Origin: Bacteriovoracaceae bacterium
Lineage (GTDB): Bacteria > Bdellovibrionota > Bacteriovoracia > Bacteriovoracales > Bacteriovoracaceae
Length of the DNA stretch: 26,305 nucleotides
Assembly (NCBI GenBank): GCA_049599895.1
Contig: JBMYPC010000031.1
Coordinates: 1 to 26,305 of the forward strand
Direction of reading: 5' to 3'
This document shows, in pieces, positions 7,155 to 15,655 of the stretch. A program made the position numbers and the translations under genes. The notes beneath the pieces are model-generated. The model was not told the origin of the DNA, did not search any database, and saw only the letters and a program-made list of their open reading frames with translations. The stretch's first letter is position 1. Every line of letters begins with the position of its first letter.

Positions 7155-7727
7155 ATGGCCATTGAATTACCGGCTCTTCCCTGGGCACAGGATGCACTTG
7201 AACCACACATTTCAGCTGAAACAATTGGTTTTCATTATGGAAAGCATCACAATGCATACGCAACAAAATTAAATGCAGCAATTGAAGGAACTCCAAACGC
7301 TGAAAAGACTCTTGAAGAGATCATCATGAACTCTGAAGGTGGGCTTTTTAATAATGCTGCTCAAGTTTGGAACCACACTTTTTACTGGAACTGCTTAGCT
7401 CCAAATGCTGGTGGCGAAGCAACGGGACAGATTGCTGAAAAAATCAACGCGAAGTGGGGAAGCTTTGATAAGTTCAAAGAAGATTTCACAAACGCAGCAG
7501 CAACAAACTTTGGTTCTGCGTGGACTTGGCTTGTTGACAATAACGGTGAGCTTGAAATTTTCAACACTTCAAATGCAGACACTCCAATGAAGCATGGAAG
7601 AAAAGCTCTTATGACAATCGACGTATGGGAACACGCTTATTATGTTGATTATAGAAATGCGAGACCTGATTACATCAAGGCCTTCTGGAATCTTGTAAAT
7701 TGGGATTTCGTGAATTCAAACTTATAA
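7155..7727 (+). CDS. sodB: Fe superoxide dismutase
   Basis: HYGKHH, FNNAAQVWNHTFYW (AAQ is Fe-type), FGSAW, DVWEHAYY. Confidence 0.96.
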   Translation: MAIELPALPWAQDALEPHISAETIGFHYGKHHNAYATKLNAAIEGTPNAEKTLEEIIMNSEGGLFNNAAQVWNHTFYWNCLAPNAGGEATGQIAEKINAKWGSFDKFKEDFTNAAATNFGSAWTWLVDNNGELEIFNTSNADTPMKHGRKALMTIDVWEHAYYVDYRNARPDYIKAFWNLVNWDFVNSNL

Positions 7728-7766
7728 GATTACGCAATCTCGTTTGATATTCTTAAAGAATTCAAT

Positions 7767-7791
7767 AACCCTTGTTTCGGCAAGGGTTTTT
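7767..7791 (+). terminator. sodB terminator
   Basis: AACCCTTG-TTTCGG-CAAGGGTT followed by T tract. Confidence 0.7.
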
Positions 7792-7825
7792 CATACCCTT
7801 TTTTAGAACTCTAGAGGAATTTTTC

Positions 7826-7888
7826 ATGAAATATACTGTAAAAGCGCTTTCAAAAGAGCTGTGGAATGATTTTTGTGTCCTACTTTGA
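7826..7888 (+). pseudogene. Short gene remnant, possibly a GNAT acetyltransferase N-terminus
   Basis: SD GAGGA then MKYTVKALSKELWNDFCVLL*, similar to the 'LT.E.W.DF..LF' start of one GNAT subfamily. Confidence 0.35.
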
Positions 7889-8038
7889 TTGATGGATTTG
7901 TTAGGTCTGAAGAAACAAAAGTAAGTCAGTTATTTCAAGAATCATATGGTTGAGTTTTTGGAATAAGAAGCGCGATGGCTTCGATTCCTTTCAAACCTGT
8001 CTAAGTCGAAAACATTTAAGCTTGATGAGGAGTTTTAA

Positions 8039-8362
8039 GTGATTCAGAAGTATCATGAAGAAGAAGAGTTCACTCAGGGCCTCTTGTCGAACATTGATTT
8101 GAACGATTCTGAGTTTATTGATTGTGCCTTTAAAAAAATTGATTTTACCAACCTTTCTTTTGAGAGTTCAAAGTTTATTGAAGAGGGATTTGATCTTGAA
8201 AAGAGTGTCGTTCTCGCTGAGTCTATTGTGAAGCCTCCTAAATATAATCCAAATCTTCTCGAGGAGCTTGATCGAGCTGTAGAGGAGAATGACCGCACAA
8301 GTATTGAATTAAAAAGTTACTTTAAAGACACATTCATGATCGACCTTGATCAGAAGTCTTAA
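8039..8362 (+). pseudogene. Chimeric or truncated ORF: pentapeptide-repeat N-terminus joined to an unrelated C-terminus
   Basis: SD GAGGAG and GTG start; IDLND SEFID CAFKK IDFTN LSFES SKFIE repeats stop abruptly near 8180. Confidence 0.5.
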
Positions 8363-9699
8363 ACGTCATCAATCAGGGCTTTTGCTATCTGATCTTTTAA
8401 AAGCTCTTTATTCTTGTCGTTTAAGAATGATGAATCAATAAACTTTAAGAGCTTTGGAGTATAGCGTTTAAACTTTTTTAAAGAATTTTCGATCATCTTT
8501 TGCTCCAGACCCATATTCTTTCCAAACTCAAGCCAATCATTTTTAGAGATTTTATTTTTCTTTGCATTCAGAGCAAGAGCCGTTTGTTCTTTATCTTCTG
8601 GAAAAAGTATTTTAGTGGAAAGAAGGTCATAGCATGGGGAAAGCATATAAGTCTTATTCTTTAAATTTTGAACAAGTGAGAAGTTTTTGAGATGCATATC
8701 TGCATTTCCAATTAAAAAACTGTAATAGTTCAAATCAAAAAATTGGAGTAGGTAGGGAAGTGTCGGAGAACAATAGTTCTTTATAACTTTAGAAGCCTTT
8801 TCAAGAGAGCTTCGATATTTATCCTCAGTTTGTTTTTCCATTAGCTGACAGAAATCTTCTTGATAGAATTTCTTTTGACCATTTCGATCAAAGCGTTTCA
8901 CCAAATAGGCTAATTGACCATCCTTTAAGGGAATGAGGGCACAATCGGGAACAGGGAGACCGACGAGCTTGGCCATCTTCATGCAAAGGTGCTCGATTTC
9001 TGGCATTTGAGGATAATCAGGACTTGGTGGTTTTAAAATAAAGTTTCCATCAAAGTTTACGATGGTGAATCGTTTCGATTCTGAATGTTCATCGAGATGA
9101 AGAGAAAGCTTTTTTTGAACACCCGTCACTGAAAGTCTTTGATTGACCTTTATTTTTGCCAAGTTTTCAATGTCCTTAAGGGTGATATCGAGCATTGGGT
9201 AGTTTGTTGCTGATTGGAACATTTTTTTGACTTCGTTTGGATGATAGAGGTCTTCTTCATTTTCGAGTTGCCGATAACTGATAAGGCATTTTCCATAACC
9301 TTTAATTTGAGAACTCTCTTCCTTGGAAACTTTTTCTAAAGCTTCATGGACATTGGAGTCTTTTTGAAATGTCTGCCCTTCGGCAAGTATATGAGTCGCA
9401 CCTATTGGATCAGCGCAGACACTCATTAATAATCCCATTCTGTCTTTTGTATTGAGCTTCCAATTTTTAACAGCGTGGTCTAATAACCAGCCTTCAGGAA
9501 TTAATCCATCAAAAAATGAAAAAAGCTTTTCACTTTGATAGGGAGTCTCTCGTGGAGGAAGAGTGAGGCTAATTCCTTGTTTGGGATTTGTTTTTAAAAA
9601 GCTTTGAAGATAAAAGAATGTGTATTCGCCTTCGGCATTTTCTTCTAGCTTTCCGACAAGTTGATCATAAAGGTAAATGTCAGCAGTTTTTTTTGTCAT
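8359..9699 (-). CDS. hipA: HipA-family Ser/Thr kinase toxin (HipA N-terminal/HipS-like domain plus HipA_C/HipT-like kinase)
   Basis: ISLTLP, FFDGLIPEGW, P-loop SVTGVQKKLSL, FILKP, LVKRFDR, QEDFCQ, GNADMHLKNFS, LSPCYDLL. Confidence 0.92.
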   Translation of the reverse strand: MTKKTADIYLYDQLVGKLEENAEGEYTFFYLQSFLKTNPKQGISLTLPPRETPYQSEKLFSFFDGLIPEGWLLDHAVKNWKLNTKDRMGLLMSVCADPIGATHILAEGQTFQKDSNVHEALEKVSKEESSQIKGYGKCLISYRQLENEEDLYHPNEVKKMFQSATNYPMLDITLKDIENLAKIKVNQRLSVTGVQKKLSLHLDEHSESKRFTIVNFDGNFILKPPSPDYPQMPEIEHLCMKMAKLVGLPVPDCALIPLKDGQLAYLVKRFDRNGQKKFYQEDFCQLMEKQTEDKYRSSLEKASKVIKNYCSPTLPYLLQFFDLNYYSFLIGNADMHLKNFSLVQNLKNKTYMLSPCYDLLSTKILFPEDKEQTALALNAKKNKISKNDWLEFGKNMGLEQKMIENSLKKFKRYTPKLLKFIDSSFLNDKNKELLKDQIAKALIDDV

Positions 9700-9701
9700 A
9701 A

Positions 9702-9962
9702 TTATTCTGTCTCATTATGAGTATTTAAACTCGCTTTTAAAGTAGGGATTAATGTTGCTTCGAAAAACTCCAAGACTTGTAATATTTTTGCGTATTGAAG
9801 ATTGGTTTTTCCGCTTTCGAGGCGCTTTAAAAAAGCCAGGCCGACTCCTACTCTTAATGCAAACTCTTCTTGGTCAAGGCCAAGTTGTTTGCGGTGAATC
9901 TTAACAAAAGCTGCAAGGGGAGATTGCTGTATTAACTCTTTCTCTGTTCGGCGATTGGGCAT
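9702..9962 (-). CDS. hipB: HipB-like XRE HTH regulator/antitoxin
   Basis: RKQLGLDQEEFALRVGVGLAFLKRLESGK HTH; 2 bp gap to hipA; SD GAGGA. Confidence 0.85.
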   Translation of the reverse strand: MPNRRTEKELIQQSPLAAFVKIHRKQLGLDQEEFALRVGVGLAFLKRLESGKTNLQYAKILQVLEFFEATLIPTLKASLNTHNETE

Positions 9963-9974
9963 AAATCCTCATTT

Positions 9975-10119
9975 TTTAGTATCAATATTGATTCTATAAC
10001 TTATTATCGTCAGTTTTAGTGTTATAATCAATACTAAATAACTTAAGATTGCTTTTTTAGTTCTTTATTTGATGCTAAAATTCTACTTTTGATTATTTAG
10101 TACTAAAATTAATGCTAAA
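9975..10119. promoter_or_regulatory. Array of four putative HipB operators, TTTAG-N14-CTAAA
   Basis: Sites at 9975-9998 (CTATA variant), 10015-10038, 10056-10079 and 10096-10119; period 40, 41, 40 bp. Confidence 0.8.
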
Positions 10120-10233
10120 ACCGGGCTTCTAAGGCTTTCTAGAGGTTAAATTATTTACAAGGAAAGTATGATTTCTTGAATGTCTGTAACTCCTATATTA
10201 ACTCGTTGGATGAAAAAAACTTTAGGAGAGAGT

Positions 10234-10617
10234 ATGAAATATCAAGTTCTGATAATCGCAATGATTTTTTCATCTGCAAGCTTTGCAGGGAAACTTGCAA
10301 GAGATTGCAAAGAGAATAGCCAAGCAGCCATTAATGAACAAATCGAATTTGATTCAATCGAAAAGCAAAAAATTTTTGGTTCGTCTTCAAGTTATGCTCT
10401 TGTTAACCAAGGGCAAACAGAAGCCTTAAGGGCTGCAATCTTAAACCTCATTGAACAAGCTTGTGCGGCGAGAGAGCGAACACTCGAATTTGCACAGACT
10501 GATACAACAACATATAATGATGATCCTTATTATGGGCTGCATATGGACCAGCTTAGCTCTGGTTCTTATTCAGGAGCTCTTCAGGGAGGACCGTATCGAT
10601 ATGGAATTCACGACTAG
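10234..10617 (+). CDS. Secreted hypothetical protein
   Basis: SD AGGAG before ATG 10234; signal peptide ending ASFA; two Cys; no family recognised. Confidence 0.65.
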   Translation: MKYQVLIIAMIFSSASFAGKLARDCKENSQAAINEQIEFDSIEKQKIFGSSSSYALVNQGQTEALRAAILNLIEQACAARERTLEFAQTDTTTYNDDPYYGLHMDQLSSGSYSGALQGGPYRYGIHD

Positions 10618-10807
10618 TTGAGTCAAAAGTTGTTTTAAAAAAAAATAATGCAATTGTTTTAGTTGGACTACTACAAGTCTCGTGTTCACATCTTTTTTAT
10701 CAACCAGATAAATTTGTTTATTCATTTCCACAAAAAATGAACCTGAAGTTTACACAAGATTTTGTAAAAACAAATGATGGTAAAAAACTCCATGTTTGGA
10801 AGCTTTT

Positions 10808-11836
10808 ATGAAGAGATCACTTTTTTTATTAATTTCATTTGTTTTCCTATCTTCTTGTTCAACCTATATCAAACAGCATCATTCGAAAGAGAAAGGAAAA
10901 ACTATTATTGCTCATAGGGGAGCAAGTGGCTATCTTCCTGAGCACACTCTTGAGGGAGTTGCAATGGCGCACTCTTGGGGAGTGGACTTTATTGAGCTAG
11001 ATGTTGTGATAACGAAAGATGATAAAGCTGTTATCCTCCATGATATTCATATTGATTCGACAACAAATATCTCTCAAGTTTATCCACGTCGAAAAAGGAA
11101 AGACGGAAGATATTATGCAGTTGATTTTACTTTGGCAGAAATTAAAAAATTGAAAGTCCATGAAAGAATGAGAATCAAAAATGGCAAACAAACTGAAAAG
11201 TATTTTTCTAATCGATTTCCTTTGCATCAATCAAGCTTCGAGGTTCCAACCTTAGAAGAATTTATTGAACTCGTCCAAGGACTTAATAAAACAACCGAAC
11301 AAAACGTGGGAATCTATGTAGAGTTAAAAAAACCAAGCTTTCATACTCAAGAGGGGAAAGATATCGCAAAGATTGTTATGAAAATACTTAAGGAGTATGG
11401 ATACGAGAATGAAAATTCTAAAGCGATTCTTCAGTGTTTTGATCCTAAAACTTTAATAAGGCTCAAAACAGAATTTGAAACAAAGATCCCTCTTGTACAA
11501 TTGATTGCGAACCCTTCATGGGGCGAGCCAGGAGTTGATTATAAAAAAATGCAAACATTTGAAGGGCTCAAAGAAATTTCAAAGTATGCAATAGGAATTG
11601 GTCCTTGGTTTGGGCATATTCTTTCAAAAACAGAAAAAGGGTTTAAGGTAAGTGAACTCGTAACTCTGGCCCATCGATATGGACTTAAGGTCCACACCTA
11701 TACTCATCGCTCTGATCGGCTACCAAAGTTTGTTCAGGATGAAGATGAATTTTTTGAAATTCTCTTTAAGGAATTAAAGGTCGATGGGATCTTTTCTGAC
11801 TTCGCAGACAGAGCGATGATTTACAAATTTCTTTAA
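10808..11836 (+). CDS. glpQ: Glycerophosphodiester phosphodiesterase, predicted lipoprotein
   Basis: Lipobox LSSC; IIAHRGASGYLPEHTL, IELDVVITKD, HD, YVELK, DGIFSDF. Confidence 0.92.
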   Translation: MKRSLFLLISFVFLSSCSTYIKQHHSKEKGKTIIAHRGASGYLPEHTLEGVAMAHSWGVDFIELDVVITKDDKAVILHDIHIDSTTNISQVYPRRKRKDGRYYAVDFTLAEIKKLKVHERMRIKNGKQTEKYFSNRFPLHQSSFEVPTLEEFIELVQGLNKTTEQNVGIYVELKKPSFHTQEGKDIAKIVMKILKEYGYENENSKAILQCFDPKTLIRLKTEFETKIPLVQLIANPSWGEPGVDYKKMQTFEGLKEISKYAIGIGPWFGHILSKTEKGFKVSELVTLAHRYGLKVHTYTHRSDRLPKFVQDEDEFFEILFKELKVDGIFSDFADRAMIYKFL

Positions 11837-11978
11837 TTAGTTTCGCTAATCACAGCAGATTGAAATTAATAATATGACTTTCTTTCTGGAAAAATTTTTT
11901 TCTGTTGACTTTAAATTTATTTGAGTTACTTTGATCTTATGACTATCTAAAAACCGTTACTATAGCGGGGAGGTAAAC

Positions 11979-12122
11979 ATGGGAATTTTAAAATTGAAAT
12001 TTGAAGTCAGAAGTTCTGTTTCAGTTCTCGTGGATACCTTTGTCCAAACTTCTCAAAAGACCTACCAAGGGCAAAGACCCAGAGGGTTTTCAAGAGAAGG
12101 CAATATGAGGGGACTGAATTAA
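11979..12122 (+). CDS. 47 aa small ORF (putative leader peptide 1), absent from the ORF track
   Basis: Very strong SD GGGGAGGT; MGILKLKFEVRSSVSVLVDTFVQTSQKTYQGQRPRGFSREGNMRGLN*; TTGACT -35-like box at 11905. Confidence 0.6.
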   Translation: MGILKLKFEVRSSVSVLVDTFVQTSQKTYQGQRPRGFSREGNMRGLN

Positions 12123-12289
12123 AGCTTAAAAACTTTAAGTTTTCAGTTACTTAAAAATCCAAAAAGACATTTTAAAAGAGTAATCCAAACGCAAAGGCGC
12201 GCGTTTTGTGGATTGGTTTATTCAAAATCTTTGAGTCTAAAGACTAGGCTCAAAAACGAACAAAACAAATTTAAATACGGGAGTATGTA

Positions 12290-12553
12290 ATGTTAAAGCA
12301 AAATTTTTTATCGCTAGAAAGTGAATTAATGAACCTTAGTAGAGGAGTTTCAATGAGTGCAAAATCTTCATTGAAAATAGGGCTCTACTTCTTACGAAAA
12401 GTTTGGATGCTAAAAGAGTGGCTCAATCCACTTTTTGTACCACCAAAACTCAAGCGAAGACTTTCTCCATATCAAAGTGAAAGCATCAATGGGTTGGGGA
12501 TGGGAGTGTCTCCTCATGCAGGAGTACCTCCCAGTCATTTAAGCAGTTTTTAA
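12290..12553 (+). CDS. Small ORF (putative leader peptide 2); alternative start at 12353 (66 aa)
   Basis: SD GGGAG before 12290 and AGAGGAG before 12353; ends GVSPHAGVPPSHLSSF*, 13 bp before the ABC gene. Confidence 0.55.
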   Translation: MLKQNFLSLESELMNLSRGVSMSAKSSLKIGLYFLRKVWMLKEWLNPLFVPPKLKRRLSPYQSESINGLGMGVSPHAGVPPSHLSSF

Positions 12554-12566
12554 TAAGGAAAAGAAA

Positions 12567-14846
12567 ATGAAGTTAAATAAAGAAAATTGGAAAAACATAA
12601 TTGATGAGCACTTTAAACAAGAAGGTCTGCTCCCAATTAAAATTAAGACAGAACTTGAGACGAACAGAAAAGAGAAAGTTCGCCTTTATGCTTTTACTGA
12701 TTTTAACTCAGATCTTGAGAGCAAAAAAACTTGGCTCGTTTTAGGAAGTCATAACCTCTACGCATTTAAGATCGAAGGGGAAAACTTTATAATCGAAACA
12801 TGTTTGTCTCTCGAAAAGGTTGTAAGAATCAGGTCTTCAAGAGGATTGAGCTGTCACGAGCTGAGAGTCTATGTATCTGATGATATGCCTAGTGCTCTTG
12901 AGCTTTTCTATTCATCAAGACAAAAGGCAATGATGGATCAAATGATTTTTTGTTTAGAACAAATAACAAAGAATCAAAGTTATGATCTTCTCGTTGACCC
13001 TGATGAACAGTATCAGATGAACATTTTAAGACCTCTTCTAGAAGTTAGTTCTGAAGTTGGAACAAAAGATAAGGACACTCTTTGGCGACTTCTCGAGTAC
13101 TTACTTCCATATAAAAGGGAATTGGTACTTGGTTCGATTGGAGCAATAACTGGTACAGCAGTATCGTTATTACCTCCTTATCTGTCAGGCTATGCCATCG
13201 ATAAGATTGTGCGTCCTTTTCAAGATGGGACATTAAGTTTTGATGAGGCCCGTTCTATGGCCTGGCTTGTTTTTGCGGGGCTGGGACTGAGCTATGTTGT
13301 AAAGGAAGTCTTCATCTGGCTCCGTTTAAAGAAAATGGCCGTTCTTGGTGAGAAGGTCGCCTTTGATTTAAGGGGGCAGTTGTATGAGCATTTGCAATCT
13401 CTTGATGTTGAGTTTTTTGGGAAAAAACCTACAGGCTCTTTAATATCAAGAGTGAGTTCTGATACAGATCGAATTTGGGACTTTATCGCATTTGGTGTTG
13501 TTGAGGTATCGATTGCGATTGTGACTTTATTAGGTCTTTCAGGAGTTCTCCTTCTGATGGATTTTCAGCTAGGTCTTATCATGATCTTGCCAGTGCCACT
13601 TCTTCTTTTAAGCATTTATTTTCATGGTGAGAAAATGAAAAAAATGTTTCTGGGCGCTTGGGGAAAATGGTCGAAACTCACTGAACTTCTATCGGATACG
13701 ATACCAGGAATTCAAGTTGTGAAGGCCTTTGGTCAAGAAGCTCATGAAGTAAAAAGATTCCGAAGGAGAAATAAAGCTGCAGTGGAAGGATTTAATGAGA
13801 TCCACAAAAAATGGACCTCATTTTGGCCACGGCTCATGATGGGAATCCATTTTACGGTTTTAACTGTTTGGATTTTTGCAATCCCTCGGCTCGTTTCAAG
13901 TGGAGCAGAAGACACAATTAGTGCGGGAACATTCGTTTCGTTCCTCCTCTATATGACTATGTTTTCAGCACCTATTGAAGTGATCGGTCAAGTTGCAAGA
14001 ATGTTGAATAGAGCTTTAAGCAGTGCTCATCGTATTTTTGAAATTTTAGATGCAAAACCTAAAATTACAACTTCAAAGAGAGCGAAAAAACTTAATGTTT
14101 CTGGGGCTGTAGAGTTTAAAAAGGTTCGCTTTAGTTATGACGGTGTTCGTCCAATACTAAAAGGAGTAAGCTTTAAAATCTCACCAGGTGAAATGATTGG
14201 GCTTGTAGGGCCAAGTGGTGGAGGTAAGTCCACAATCACAAAACTCATTAATCGATTTTACGATATTGATGATGGGCAAGTGATTATCGATGGCGTGCCA
14301 TTAAAAGAACTTGATCTTACTTACTTTAGAAAACAAGTGGCGATGGTTTTGCAGGATCCCTATCTTTTTCATGGAAGCATTTGGGAGAATATCGCCTATG
14401 GACAGGAGAACGTGGATAAATTTGCTGTCATTGAAGCTGCGAAAGTTGCCAATGCTCATGATTTTATAATGGCACTTCCTCAAGGTTACGAAACAGTTGT
14501 AGGAGAAAGAGGCCATACTTTATCAGGAGGAGAAAGACAGAGAATTTCCATTGCAAGAGCAGTTCTTCAAAATCCAAAGATTTTGATCTTGGATGAAGCG
14601 ACAAGTGCACTTGACTCTGAGACAGAAGAAAAAATCCAAGAGGCGCTTGATCGACTTTCTAAAGGAAGAACTGTGATTGCAATTGCTCATCGATTAAGTA
14701 CTTTGAGACAAGCCGATAGAATCTTTGTGATTGAAAAAGGTGAACTTAAAGAGGAGGGATCTCATCAAGAACTTTTAGAAGTTCATGAGGGGATTTATAA
14801 AAAGCTTTACGATGTTCAGATGAAAATGAGTAAAAGCTTTGTTTGA
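12567..14846 (+). CDS. ABC exporter (TMD+NBD, MsbA-like) with ~170 aa N-terminal extension, DUF1854-associated type
   Basis: Several TM helices, Walker A GPSGGGKST, LSGGERQR, ILILDEATSALD, IAHRLST. Confidence 0.93.
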   Translation: MKLNKENWKNIIDEHFKQEGLLPIKIKTELETNRKEKVRLYAFTDFNSDLESKKTWLVLGSHNLYAFKIEGENFIIETCLSLEKVVRIRSSRGLSCHELRVYVSDDMPSALELFYSSRQKAMMDQMIFCLEQITKNQSYDLLVDPDEQYQMNILRPLLEVSSEVGTKDKDTLWRLLEYLLPYKRELVLGSIGAITGTAVSLLPPYLSGYAIDKIVRPFQDGTLSFDEARSMAWLVFAGLGLSYVVKEVFIWLRLKKMAVLGEKVAFDLRGQLYEHLQSLDVEFFGKKPTGSLISRVSSDTDRIWDFIAFGVVEVSIAIVTLLGLSGVLLLMDFQLGLIMILPVPLLLLSIYFHGEKMKKMFLGAWGKWSKLTELLSDTIPGIQVVKAFGQEAHEVKRFRRRNKAAVEGFNEIHKKWTSFWPRLMMGIHFTVLTVWIFAIPRLVSSGAEDTISAGTFVSFLLYMTMFSAPIEVIGQVARMLNRALSSAHRIFEILDAKPKITTSKRAKKLNVSGAVEFKKVRFSYDGVRPILKGVSFKISPGEMIGLVGPSGGGKSTITKLINRFYDIDDGQVIIDGVPLKELDLTYFRKQVAMVLQDPYLFHGSIWENIAYGQENVDKFAVIEAAKVANAHDFIMALPQGYETVVGERGHTLSGGERQRISIARAVLQNPKILILDEATSALDSETEEKIQEALDRLSKGRTVIAIAHRLSTLRQADRIFVIEKGELKEEGSHQELLEVHEGIYKKLYDVQMKMSKSFV

Positions 14847-14862
14847 TAAAAGTGAGGTGCAT

Positions 14863-15324
14863 ATGAATGCAGAAGATAAAATTTTAAAGCTCAAAAGTGA
14901 TCCTTCTGGAAGACTGCTGATTGATGGGGAAACTTTAGAGGTTGCCCCATGTTTTCCTTGGGAAGATCCTTATAAGTTTCTTTCTTTGCGTAATGATGAA
15001 GGAAAAGAGGTCATTCTTATTCGAGATATTAAAGATGTTAATCAAGAACTTTACTCTTTAATTCAAAAAGAGCTTGAGAGACGCAACTTTGTTTTTCGAA
15101 TCAAGAGGATTGATGAAATTGAAGATGGACATGAAGTTCGTGAATATCATGTCTCGACAGAGCAGGGACTGAGAACGATTATGACGGAGCAGGAGGATTG
15201 GCCATCTGAACTTGAAGATGGATCATTCCTTATTAAAGATTTAAGTGGTGACTACTACAGAATTCCATCTTTAGATGAGTTAGATTCGAGTTCAAAGAAA
15301 AAGATTCTTCCTTATATAGGGTAG
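14863..15324 (+). CDS. DUF1854-family protein
   Basis: SD GAGGTG before ATG 14863; CFPWEDPYKFLSL, ELERRNFVFRIKRI, HVSTEQG, IKDLSGDYYRIPSLDELDSSS; usual position after this ABC type. Confidence 0.8.
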   Translation: MNAEDKILKLKSDPSGRLLIDGETLEVAPCFPWEDPYKFLSLRNDEGKEVILIRDIKDVNQELYSLIQKELERRNFVFRIKRIDEIEDGHEVREYHVSTEQGLRTIMTEQEDWPSELEDGSFLIKDLSGDYYRIPSLDELDSSSKKKILPYIG

Positions 15325-15360
15325 AAGATTAAATTGGTGAAGACTGATCGTTTCAGGTCT

Positions 15361-15396
15361 AAGGGATATAGTGAAACCCTCACTATATCCCTTTTT
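15361..15396 (+). terminator. Strong intrinsic terminator of the ABC-DUF1854 operon
   Basis: Perfect 14 bp stem AAGGGATATAGTGA/TCACTATATCCCTT followed by T tract. Confidence 0.85.
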
Positions 15397-15655
15397 CTGT
15401 TCTTGTTGCGCGTGCGGTTAAAGTATCAAAGTGCTCCTTTCAAGTATTTTGGTTTGTAAGAAAACTAAGATTTTAATTTTATTTTCAATAGTTAGAGAAA
15501 ACCTTTCTTACACCTTCTTTGTCTAGGCATTGGAGTAGTTGATTCTTTTTGACGAGCTTCTTGCAAAAATTCAATAAATAAACATCAAGCTTTAATCAAA
15601 CGAGAGATTAAAAACTTTTGAACCAAACACTTTCTAACTAGAAGATGGAGGAGAC

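Noticed and set aside
9975..10119. 40 bp periodic repeats as a mini-CRISPR or iterons
   Set aside because: Only 5 bp half-sites are conserved, and the position upstream of hipB fits operators.
12068..12254. Possible c-di-GMP-I riboswitch (GGGCAAA, ACGCAAAG and GTCTAA words)
   Set aside because: The words are too far apart and no GNRA-capped P2 stem links them; an Infernal search would settle it.
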